Assembly: GCF_033283405.1 (NCBI RefSeq)
Contig: NZ_JAWMQR010000007.1
Coordinates: 148,807-212,806, forward strand
Direction: 5' to 3'
Origin: Halioxenophilus sp. WMMB6
Lineage (GTDB): Bacteria > Pseudomonadota > Gammaproteobacteria > Pseudomonadales > Cellvibrionaceae
Length of the DNA stretch: 64,000 nucleotides
Shown here: in pieces, positions 28,127-35,396 of the stretch
Position numbering within the stretch: the stretch's first letter is position 1
How the letters are laid out: each line of letters begins with the position of its first letter
Notes under the pieces: generated by a model
The model's input: only the letters and a program-made list of their open reading frames with translations
Database searches by the model: none
Told to the model about the DNA's origin: nothing
Translations under genes and position numbers: made by a program

Positions 28127-30562
28127 CTAATTACCCGCCAGCGAATATTCCTGCTGGAGCTGGTTGTTGTGTGTCAGCAACCACTCAATAAATTCTGCGT
28201 TAGGCATGGGCTTGGCGTAAAGGTAACCCTGGCCGAGGTCGCAGTTGAGCCTTTTCAAGATTTCGGCTTCGGCCGGGTATTCAATACCCTCCGCCGCCAC
28301 CAGTTTATTGAGCTCGTGGCTCAGTTCTATAGTCGCCTTAACAATGCTGTGGTTGCGCTGATTGCTATCGATGCCACGCACAAAACTTTGATCAACCTTC
28401 AGTACATCAATGGGAAACTTGGCGAGGTAGGCCAGTGATGAGTAGCCAGTGCCAAAGTCGTCCAGGGCAATGGCAAAGCCAAAATTGACCAGCCGTTGCA
28501 GGATAGTCTGGCTGATTTCCGGGTCGGTCATCAGTGCCGATTCGGTAATTTCCAGGTGCACTCGTTCGGGGTCAACCTGGTAGTTGCGAGTGCGCTCGAT
28601 AAGGTAATCGGGTAGCTGTTGATCAAACAGATTGCGGGCAGAGAGGTTGATCGACATTTTCAGATCCAGACCCTGTTGCTGCCAGGATTGCAGATCTTTG
28701 AGCGAGAGATCGATAACCTGCCGGGTGAGCGGTTGAATGTGGTCGGTCGCCTCCAGGTAGGGCATAAAGATCGCCGCGCTTAAAAAGCCCTTGGTGGGGT
28801 GGTGCCAACGTACCAGGGATTCAGCAGCGGTACAGCGGCCACTGAGCATATCGATGAGCGGCTGGTGGTACATCTCAAACTGCCCCTGCTCCAATGCCTC
28901 TGCCATACCGGCCAGAAGCTCTACCCGGGTTCTCACTTCGTTGTCGGTATCTTTGTTGTAAACGGCGATGGTTTCGTGGCCCTTTTTCGCCTGATACATG
29001 GCGATGTCGGCACAGCGCAGCAATTCGTGGCTATCCAACTCATTGGCGGCGGCCTCAACCACGCCGATAGAGGCGGCGGCCTTCAGGCTGATATCTTTAA
29101 TAACGAAGCGCTCTTCAAACAGGCTGGCTAACAGCTTGGCAAACGTCAGGCCGCCATCGAGATGCGTCTGCTGACTAACGACCACCACAAATTCATCGCC
29201 GCTTAAGCGAAAGGCCCGGGTGTCGCTGGATGGTAGGGCTTGATAGAGGCGATTGGCCAGCTGTTTAAGCAGCTCGTCGCCGATGATGTGGCCGAAGGTA
29301 TCGTTAACCTCTTTAAAGTGGTTCATGTCCAACAGCATGACGATAACCTTGGCGGCCTTCAGGTTGGCGACATAATCATGATAGGCGCGGCGGTTACCCA
29401 GCCCGGTTAGGCCATCGTATTTGGCCAGAAAGGCGAGCTCTGCCACATGCTTGGCATTGGCCACACTTAGCCCAACCGCGTGGCTAATGGTTTCAAACAG
29501 CGCCATCTCCTGATTGCTAATGGCCCGATGTGTGGCAGAGACCAGGACAATGGCACCACTGGCTTCGCCATTGCTCACCAGCGGAATGGCAACGGCAGTC
29601 TTGGGCAGATAGTTAAAAAATTCAATCAGGTGGCTGGCATCCACTTGCGCACCGTTCAGTTCGTGCTGAATCACTATCTCCTGCCGGGTTACCGACTGCC
29701 CGGAGATACTCTTTTCCATACTCACCAGTGGTGCATTGGCCAGTTCGCTGGCGGCGGCGTTGCGGCCAAAGGCACCGACGATGGTCAGGTTTTTGCCGAC
29801 GTTGTCGAGCTGCAGCATCAAGCCGTCGTCCCAGCCGTGCTTGGCCACAAAGGGCGGTAGTATGCGCTCACCCAGGTCGCGCACACTGTTGATATCCTGC
29901 AGTTGGGTGGTGATGCCGTGGGAGAGGGAGAGGATTGCCAGGTGATCATTGAGCTCTTGCTGCGACCGCAAAAAACAGATCAGCAGCAGCAGCCCCATCG
30001 AGAGGGTGGTGGCGGTGGCGAGTGTCAGGTGGCCGTACTCGTGCATTAAAGGCTGGGTGGCCGGAACCGACAGGCCAACGATAGTCATGCCCAGCATCAT
30101 AAAGCCGCGCGCCAGGAATACGCTGGCGGTGATTCTTTGCAGCACGCTTTTGGACCATAACGACCAGGCCACATGGGTCATGGCCAAGGTGGTGACCAGA
30201 GTGACGTAGAGGTGGATGATGGCAATGGAGCCGATGGCCACCCAAAGCATAAACAGCGCCATTACTAAGATCGCAAAAAGGCGTGGCCCCTTGCTGGCAT
30301 GGCGGTTTAGCCGAAACTCAAAGGCCCCCCTGGAGAGGGTGTAGACCAACGCCGAAAAGATAACGCCAGACAGCAGGGTGATGGGAAGGGAACCGTTTAG
30401 GCGCGGCGTGGCCAGCAGCTCGTCGAGCACAATAGTGAACGGGGTCAAGGCAAAGGCGGCGCCCCACCACAGAAGGTAGCGCCGCTCACGGTCGGCCCAC
30501 CACATAATAAGCAGTACAATAGCGGAGATCAGGTGGGTGAAGGGGATAAAGAAAATATACAT
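28127..30562 (-). CDS. membrane sensor with GAF-like, GGDEF and EAL domains (c-di-GMP cyclase/phosphodiesterase)
   Basis: N-terminal about 8 TM segments. GGDEF domain (RLSGDEFVVV) and EAL domain (EAL...DDFGTGYSSL) motifs present. Confidence 0.85.
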   Translation of the reverse strand: MYIFFIPFTHLISAIVLLIMWWADRERRYLLWWGAAFALTPFTIVLDELLATPRLNGSLPITLLSGVIFSALVYTLSRGAFEFRLNRHASKGPRLFAILVMALFMLWVAIGSIAIIHLYVTLVTTLAMTHVAWSLWSKSVLQRITASVFLARGFMMLGMTIVGLSVPATQPLMHEYGHLTLATATTLSMGLLLLICFLRSQQELNDHLAILSLSHGITTQLQDINSVRDLGERILPPFVAKHGWDDGLMLQLDNVGKNLTIVGAFGRNAAASELANAPLVSMEKSISGQSVTRQEIVIQHELNGAQVDASHLIEFFNYLPKTAVAIPLVSNGEASGAIVLVSATHRAISNQEMALFETISHAVGLSVANAKHVAELAFLAKYDGLTGLGNRRAYHDYVANLKAAKVIVMLLDMNHFKEVNDTFGHIIGDELLKQLANRLYQALPSSDTRAFRLSGDEFVVVVSQQTHLDGGLTFAKLLASLFEERFVIKDISLKAAASIGVVEAAANELDSHELLRCADIAMYQAKKGHETIAVYNKDTDNEVRTRVELLAGMAEALEQGQFEMYHQPLIDMLSGRCTAAESLVRWHHPTKGFLSAAIFMPYLEATDHIQPLTRQVIDLSLKDLQSWQQQGLDLKMSINLSARNLFDQQLPDYLIERTRNYQVDPERVHLEITESALMTDPEISQTILQRLVNFGFAIALDDFGTGYSSLAYLAKFPIDVLKVDQSFVRGIDSNQRNHSIVKATIELSHELNKLVAAEGIEYPAEAEILKRLNCDLGQGYLYAKPMPNAEFIEWLLTHNNQLQQEYSLAGN

Positions 30563-30859
30563 TTTTATAATCGTTATTTTTCGAACATCACAGCATAACC
30601 AGAATAATTTAAAGCTACCACCCGAGGCAAAACAAAATATCGCTATTGTGGAAAACTATAGCAGCGAATTTGACGCCACTAATGCAATTCCTCAAGTAAA
30701 GTTGACCGGCTGGCGGAAAATTTTTGAATGCGTATTAAGTAATGAACATTCAAGGAGTGCGCACTGATGCCATTTTTATGGTGGCCTTAATCCGTTAATT
30801 GCCAGCCTGTAGTTGGATAAAAAGTGCTTAACTGTTGAATTGATTGCCGGTGGCCTGCG

Positions 30860-30901
30860 CTGATGGCTGATGGCTGATGGCTGATGGCTGATGGCTGATG
30901 G
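30860..30901. repeat. heptanucleotide microsatellite (CTGATGG)x6
   Basis: Six perfect tandem copies seen directly. Confidence 0.95.
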
Positions 30902-30989
30902 TTATTCCGAATTTTTACAAATCTTGATGCAAGCGTTGCGGGAAGAGTTCTGTGAGCTGGCAGCGGGTGCCGGTTCTACCGGTACCTAA

Positions 30990-31320
30990 TTAAAAACCTT
31001 AACCACTTCAATAAGACCGACAATGTGCCGGTTAAACTCGGCCAGCTGTTGGGCGGGAATCCAATATTCCCGATGGTCGCTGCCGCCGGCAGATTACTCG
31101 GTAAAGTTTGCGAGATAGTCGGCGTCCACCGCAAAGCGGGTTACAAAGCTGCAACCACTTTCGCGTACATTCCAGTCACGCGCGATTTTAATAGCCTAGG
31201 AAATGGTGGCAACCGGGTGGAAAAAGGGCTGTTGGGGAAGCCGCGGCGGCCAATGTCGCCAGCCACAGGCTGTTACCAGGGCGAGTTCCGGTGGGCCGAT
31301 ATGGAGTGACGGTTCGTACC
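30990..31320 (-). pseudogene. decayed gene remnant readable through two in-frame stops (TAG, TAA)
   Basis: Minus-strand frame reads ...HIGPPELALVTACGWRHWPPRLPQQPFFHPVATIS*AIKIARDWNVRESGCSFVTRFAVDADYLANFTE*SAGGSDHREYWIPAQQLAEFNRHIVGLIEVVKVFN*. Protein-like composition across the stops. No intact ORF on either strand. Confidence 0.25.
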
Positions 31321-31392
31321 ATAAGAGCGCCTGCTTGGCTTATTCTGGTTGAGTCTATTTGGGTTGTTTTAGTAAGTGGCAAAACCACCACA

Positions 31393-31421
31393 AAAAACCC
31401 GTCCACCAACGTGGACGGGAA
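31393..31421 (-). terminator. rho-independent terminator of SPFH gene (cccgtccac-gttg-gtggacggg + T6 on minus strand)
   Basis: 9-bp GC-rich stem and U-run immediately after the stop at 31424. Confidence 0.65.
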
Positions 31422-31423
31422 AG

Positions 31424-32578
31424 CTATTGCGCGCTTGTGGCTGGTGCTAGTTTCACCAGGCCGTGTAGCACACTGTCGAGGCCACCATAAACCGAAATTT
31501 TGTCGATCTTGGTGGTGATCCTTTCCAGCGCTTCCAGCTCTTTCAAACGCAGCAACACCGGGTTGTTCTCCATCACTTTGGCGGTGTTGTGCAGCGAGCG
31601 CATCGCCTGGGTCTCTTCATGGCGTTTAATCAGGTTGGCTTCAGCCTCCTTTTGCGCCTCCACTACCTGGTTTAAGATCTGCTTCATGTCGCCAGGCAAA
31701 ATAATATCTTTCACCCCAACACTTAACAGGTTGATACCGTAATCGGTCACCCGGTTGCGCACGCCCTCGGCAATCACCGCGTTTAACAGATCCTTGTCGA
31801 CTAACAGTTCATCCAGGTTTTTAGTACCTACCGCTTCCCGTAAGCGCAGTTGCAGCTCCAAGTACAAGAAGTTGAGGTAGTCCTTCAGCTGCAGTGCCAC
31901 CGATTTTGCATCGACAATTTTAAAGCTGGCGGTCAGGTTGATACGCAGGCTCACGCGATCCTTGGTGAGAATCTCCTGCCCGCTAACGTCCAGAGTTTGC
32001 AGGCGCAAATCGACCAGCTTAACGCTGATTGAGCGGTTGTATAACCAAAATCCGTAACGGCCAGTGGTCAACATCTTCTCCAGCTTGCCGTTAACAAACA
32101 GCATGCCCACCTGCTCATCGGGTACCTCGCTGTAACTGATGGCCTGTGCCAGGGTGCGGTTGTTAGCCAGGGTGGCTCCCCGGCCCAACAGGCCAATCAC
32201 GTCGTCGCCGATTTGATAATCGCTGGTGATATCCACCACACTGACGCTAACCTGCTCACCGCCGCGCCAGGTGGCCAACAGGCCCCCGGGTGGCAGAATA
32301 TCCGCCAGCTTGCCATCGCGATAGACGAGGCCGACTTCGCGGTCGGTCAGCTGCACCGCATCCACCACCCCGTCAAACAGCGGCTGGTACTGGCGCAATA
32401 AAAATTTCAGTCGCGGGTGGTTAAATTCCACGGCGGTAATATCGTAGTGCTCCACCCGCAAATCCTGCCCTAATGCCCACAGTCGTTGTCGACCGGGCAT
32501 TAAAATGGTTGCCAGGCGGTTGCGTCGGTAAACCAGGGCCCGCTCGTTATCGGCAACGTCGATCATTTTCCATAACAT
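31424..32578 (-). CDS. SPFH/band-7 (stomatin-like) domain protein with two extra N-terminal partial SPFH-like modules, no obvious TM anchor
   Basis: GGAGG RBS. C-terminal canonical SPFH region (KLVDLRLQTLDV...VIAEGVRNRVTDYGINLLSVGVKDIILP...EAQKEAEANL). Three repeats of an (E/R)xVGLVYRxGKLxxIL-like module. Confidence 0.8.
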   Translation of the reverse strand: MLWKMIDVADNERALVYRRNRLATILMPGRQRLWALGQDLRVEHYDITAVEFNHPRLKFLLRQYQPLFDGVVDAVQLTDREVGLVYRDGKLADILPPGGLLATWRGGEQVSVSVVDITSDYQIGDDVIGLLGRGATLANNRTLAQAISYSEVPDEQVGMLFVNGKLEKMLTTGRYGFWLYNRSISVKLVDLRLQTLDVSGQEILTKDRVSLRINLTASFKIVDAKSVALQLKDYLNFLYLELQLRLREAVGTKNLDELLVDKDLLNAVIAEGVRNRVTDYGINLLSVGVKDIILPGDMKQILNQVVEAQKEAEANLIKRHEETQAMRSLHNTAKVMENNPVLLRLKELEALERITTKIDKISVYGGLDSVLHGLVKLAPATSAQ

Positions 32579-32880
32579 AATCGTTCCTCCATTAATGATC
32601 GTTTCTCTATTATTAATTTAAAGCGAGGCTCACTGAGCCGGGTCGCGGCTAACGGTTTGGCTTGTTCAGGCGAAGACTCAGGTGTTTGCCGGCAGCCATA
32701 GGCGATGACAAAAGCCACCCGACGGTTGAAGACAAAACCAGAAGCCTGCGCGTGCACAAGCCACCCACCATGAGCGGTTACCCGGCTCGGGTTGGTTTGA
32801 ACCGCATTACCTGAACTGCCGGCAAAGACGGAATCTGGCCAACCGTGAACCTCTAGTTGATTTATAAACAAGCACCATAA

Positions 32881-32940
32881 GCTTGTGAGGACTCGAACCT
32901 CTGGGTCTCTCGACCTCTACCATTGAGCCGTTTACACGGC
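32881..32940 (-). other. tRNA-like remnant (D-arm-like GCTCAATGGTAGAG plus T-arm-like GAGGTTCGAGTCCTC, no anticodon arm)
   Basis: Motifs seen directly. Only about 13 nt between the D- and T-arm motifs. Followed by a CAAGC-TTATGGT-GCTTG hairpin. Confidence 0.4.
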
Positions 32941-32942
32941 GG

Positions 32943-33016
32943 AGTTTTTGGCGGGATTCGAACCCGCTACCGATAGATTATTAATCTACTGCTCTACCCG
33001 AATGAGCTACAAAAAC
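32943..33016 (-). tRNA. non-canonical tRNA-like gene: full 74-nt cloverleaf, anticodon loop TTAATAA (anticodon AAT), acceptor stem GUUUUUG/CAAAAAC, no encoded CCA
   Basis: Manual fold: 7-bp acceptor, D-arm GCTC-ATTCGGGTA-GAGC, anticodon stem GTAGA/TCTAT (part of the perfect palindrome TAGATTAATAATCTA), variable loop CGGTA, T-arm GCGGG-TTCGAAT-CCCGC. Confidence 0.45.
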
Positions 33017-33145
33017 GGTGGTTTATGTCCACCCGGCAATTGGTACACACAACGGTAGTACCGCCTGCGCCGGACTGGCCTTTGGAACCAGTGCCGCTAA
33101 TTACCGGGCGAGAGATAAACTCTGTGTGGCCAATGCCTAAAAAAA

Positions 33146-33703
33146 TTAGGCTTGAGGCCAAATCCGGTTTCCGGAAAATTGCTTCTCCAGATACTCCATT
33201 TGATCCGCCAGTACTTGGTGTTGGGCCAAAAACAGCCCTTCACTCCGGTTGGGGCAGAAAGGCACCGCCAGTAACACCATGCCCGCCTGTTCCGGTGTAC
33301 GGTCGGCTTTAAAGTGGTTGCAGCGCTTACAGGCGGCCACCACATTTTGCCAACGGTTTTGGCCGCCCTGTGCGCGCGGCACAATGTGGTCGCAGGTGAG
33401 CTCACGGGCTAAAAAGCGCTGACCACAATACATACAACGGTAGTTATCCCGGCGAAACAGCAGCCGGTTGCACAAAGGTGGCGCCGGCTGTGCTTGCTGC
33501 TCCCGGCCGCGAGTGGCGATAATGGCGCGCAGAGCAATGTGGGAGCGCTGGCCGCTTGCCCGATTTACACCGCCGGTCAGGTTGAAAATTAACTCGCCCA
33601 GCTCCCACTGCACCTGATTTTTTACATAGAGCAGCGCTGCCTCCGAGCGGGATAGCCAGGCGGTGGCGGTGCCGGTGCTATCCAGGCGCAAGATGCTAAC
33701 CAT
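33146..33703 (-). CDS. HNH endonuclease family protein
   Basis: AGGAGA RBS. HNH motif CMYCGQRF...CDHIVPRAQGGQNRWQNVVAACKRCNHFKADR seen directly. Confidence 0.8.
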   Translation of the reverse strand: MVSILRLDSTGTATAWLSRSEAALLYVKNQVQWELGELIFNLTGGVNRASGQRSHIALRAIIATRGREQQAQPAPPLCNRLLFRRDNYRCMYCGQRFLARELTCDHIVPRAQGGQNRWQNVVAACKRCNHFKADRTPEQAGMVLLAVPFCPNRSEGLFLAQHQVLADQMEYLEKQFSGNRIWPQA

Positions 33704-33721
33704 GGTCTTCTCCTGGTATGG

Positions 33722-34012
33722 TTACCGATAAAAATTTGCGCCATCGATGGATCGATAGCCGCAACTGTTTAAAAGCGTGCCGAGCTGTGCCCGCCGGCTG
33801 CGATCAGATTCGGTCAGCACCACTCTGTTCGGTAGCCGTGATCGGCTTTGCGCCCAGCGTAAAACCACACAGCTGTTGTCCCGTCCGTGTAGTGAAAAGT
33901 CGACCGCCAACACCGAGATGACCAATTCGTTCAGCGCCTTTTTAGCGCTGCGGCTGTCTCTGCAGTAGAGGTCTGCACTGAACACAGCGCGTTTACCCAA
34001 AGCGACTCGCAT
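33722..34012 (-). CDS. hypothetical protein (96 aa), co-oriented 18 nt upstream of HNH gene
   Basis: Very strong SD (AAGGAGGAG) before ATG 34012. Lies directly downstream of the tRNA-Lys gene. No recognisable domain. Confidence 0.45.
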   Translation of the reverse strand: MRVALGKRAVFSADLYCRDSRSAKKALNELVISVLAVDFSLHGRDNSCVVLRWAQSRSRLPNRVVLTESDRSRRAQLGTLLNSCGYRSIDGANFYR

Positions 34013-34051
34013 TGCTTCTCCTCCTTGATGTAAAAATTGCCAATAGTTAAT

Positions 34052-34126
34052 TGGTTGGAGGTATGGGAGTCGAACCCATCTGTGCCGGAGTAAAAGTCCG
34101 GTGCTCTGCCGCTAAGCCAACCCCCA
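34052..34126 (-). tRNA. tRNA-Lys (anticodon UUU), CCA encoded
   Basis: Manual cloverleaf: acceptor TGGGGGT/ACCTCCA, anticodon arm CCGGA-CTTTTAC-TCCGG, T-arm ATGGG-TTCGACT-CCCAT, discriminator A then CCA. Confidence 0.8.
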
Positions 34127-34168
34127 ATAAAAATCCTTGGTCAATTTGTCTGCTTTACTGCCGAATAA

Positions 34169-34243
34169 TGGCAGCAGCCTCAGGGCTCGAACCTGAAATA
34201 CGTGAGTCAAAGTCACGTGTGTTACCCATTACACCAGGCTGCT
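34169..34243 (-). tRNA. tRNA-Gln (anticodon UUG), CCA encoded
   Basis: Manual cloverleaf: acceptor AGCAGCC/GGCTGCT, D-arm GTGT-AATGGGTA-ACAC, anticodon arm CGTGA-CTTTGAC-TCACG, T-arm TCAGG-TTCGAGC-CCTGA, discriminator G then CCA. Confidence 0.8.
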
Positions 34244-34279
34244 GGAGTACTAAATTTAATGGTGATCAATATCATTGGC

Positions 34280-34366
34280 TGGCAGCGGTGAGATTCGAAC
34301 TGACACGGCGCCGCAAGTCACCGCACGGATTAGTAATCCGCTGCCGTACCGTTCAGCCATGCTGCC
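34280..34366 (-). tRNA. type II (long variable arm) tRNA-like gene with anticodon loop TTACTAA (anticodon ACT; Ser-like), mismatches in acceptor (A7:C66) and T-stem (C:C); possible pseudo-tRNA
   Basis: Manual fold: GGCAGCA-TG-GCTG-AACGGTA-CGGC-A-GCGGA-TTACTAA-TCCGT, about 20-nt variable arm, GTCAG-TTCGAAT-CTCAC, CGCTGCC-A. No CCA. Confidence 0.4.
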
Positions 34367-34410
34367 AATAATCTTCCCGTTTGAGTTTTCTGGCTCGCTT
34401 GGCCATAAAA

Positions 34411-34439
34411 AAACCCCGGGGTTGCCCACCGGGGTTTTT
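34411..34439. terminator. bidirectional terminator-like hairpin (A7-ccccgg-ggttgccca-ccgggg-T5)
   Basis: Seen directly, upstream of the minus-strand tRNA array. A second 7-bp hairpin ccggaagg...ccttccg follows. Confidence 0.5.
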
Positions 34440-34639
34440 GCGAACCGGAAGGCATCAGCCTTCCGCGGAATGCTGATATTAAAACAAAATAAGCGCCTGG
34501 CTTAGGCCGAAGCTCTGGTCGTCACACAGGTGGCCACTGGTCGCTATTAACAGTGTTTTGGCAGCGTGGACGGCAATCGCTTGCAGGTGACCTATTGGTT
34601 GTTGGTTCATCGCTATTCTTAATTGGGTAGTCATTAATT

Positions 34640-34678
34640 TGTTTTCTGTTTTCTGTTTTCTGTTTTCTGTTTTCTGTC
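34640..34678. repeat. heptanucleotide microsatellite (TGTTTTC)x5.5
   Basis: Seen directly. Followed by hairpin ctcgct-tgcgatagc-agcgag plus T5 (plus-strand terminator-like). Confidence 0.95.
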
Positions 34679-35396
34679 TGTGCTATTTCTTAGCCCTCGC
34701 TTGCGATAGCAGCGAGCTTTTTAAACGATACGGCCCCAAAAATATTTTGGCAATGCGAATTATTTTGGCGTTCTTGTTGAATTTATACTTTGGTTATAAC
34801 GCCACCAGGGCTGCCATTTTTGCTAGGGCGAGCGCTGGCCTATCGCACTGTTTGACGATATTGCAGACGAGGGTGTTGGTAGAAGATCTGGATTTATTGC
34901 AGAGCTTCCCCGCCGGTAAAAATGGTTGCTTCATATAGAAATAATTAGTCTAAGCCCTTTCTCTCTATTGCCTCGATTTACGTTTATTGATTCAACTTTC
35001 AGGTGAAAAAAAACCCGAAAAGCGTGTTGGCCTTCCGGGTTTCTCGATCTGTGAATGGTCTGTTGAGACGGCGACTGCGAGAGCTGGAAGGCGGTGCCTG
35101 CCAGAACTCAATTCCTACAGGCAAATTATGGGCGCTGGAAATCCTCCTGAGTGAGATTTAACACTCGGGCGGCCCTGGGGTAACAACTGTTATGTTTGGT
35201 GATTGAAAAAATCATTGCTGTAGCTTCTAAAAAAGTGGGCGGATTATAGGTGAGCTATTTAACCGGCACAACCAGTGCTGTGGTGGCGGTTTTGGTGGGC
35301 GAGCGGATTTACACGATAAGTGGTTGCCATTGATGATTTAACGCCGCTGGGGTCGGTTTAACCCGCAAGCAGGGCTTGCGGGTGGGTGGCGCAGGA

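Noticed and set aside
31025-31409. Intact ORFs 31025..31309 (+) and 31188..31409 (-).
   Set aside because: They are mutually overlapping on opposite strands within a region better explained as a decayed gene readable through two stop codons. Neither has an RBS or motifs.
32563-32871. 102-aa ORF between the tRNA-like remnant and the SPFH gene as a confident CDS.
   Set aside because: No SD, odd composition, and it overlaps the SPFH start. It is kept only as part of a candidate leader/sRNA finding.
34639-34938. 99-aa ORF beginning inside the (TGTTTTC)n tract.
   Set aside because: The N-terminus is just the translated microsatellite (FSVFCFLFSVFC), with AT-rich low-complexity and no RBS.
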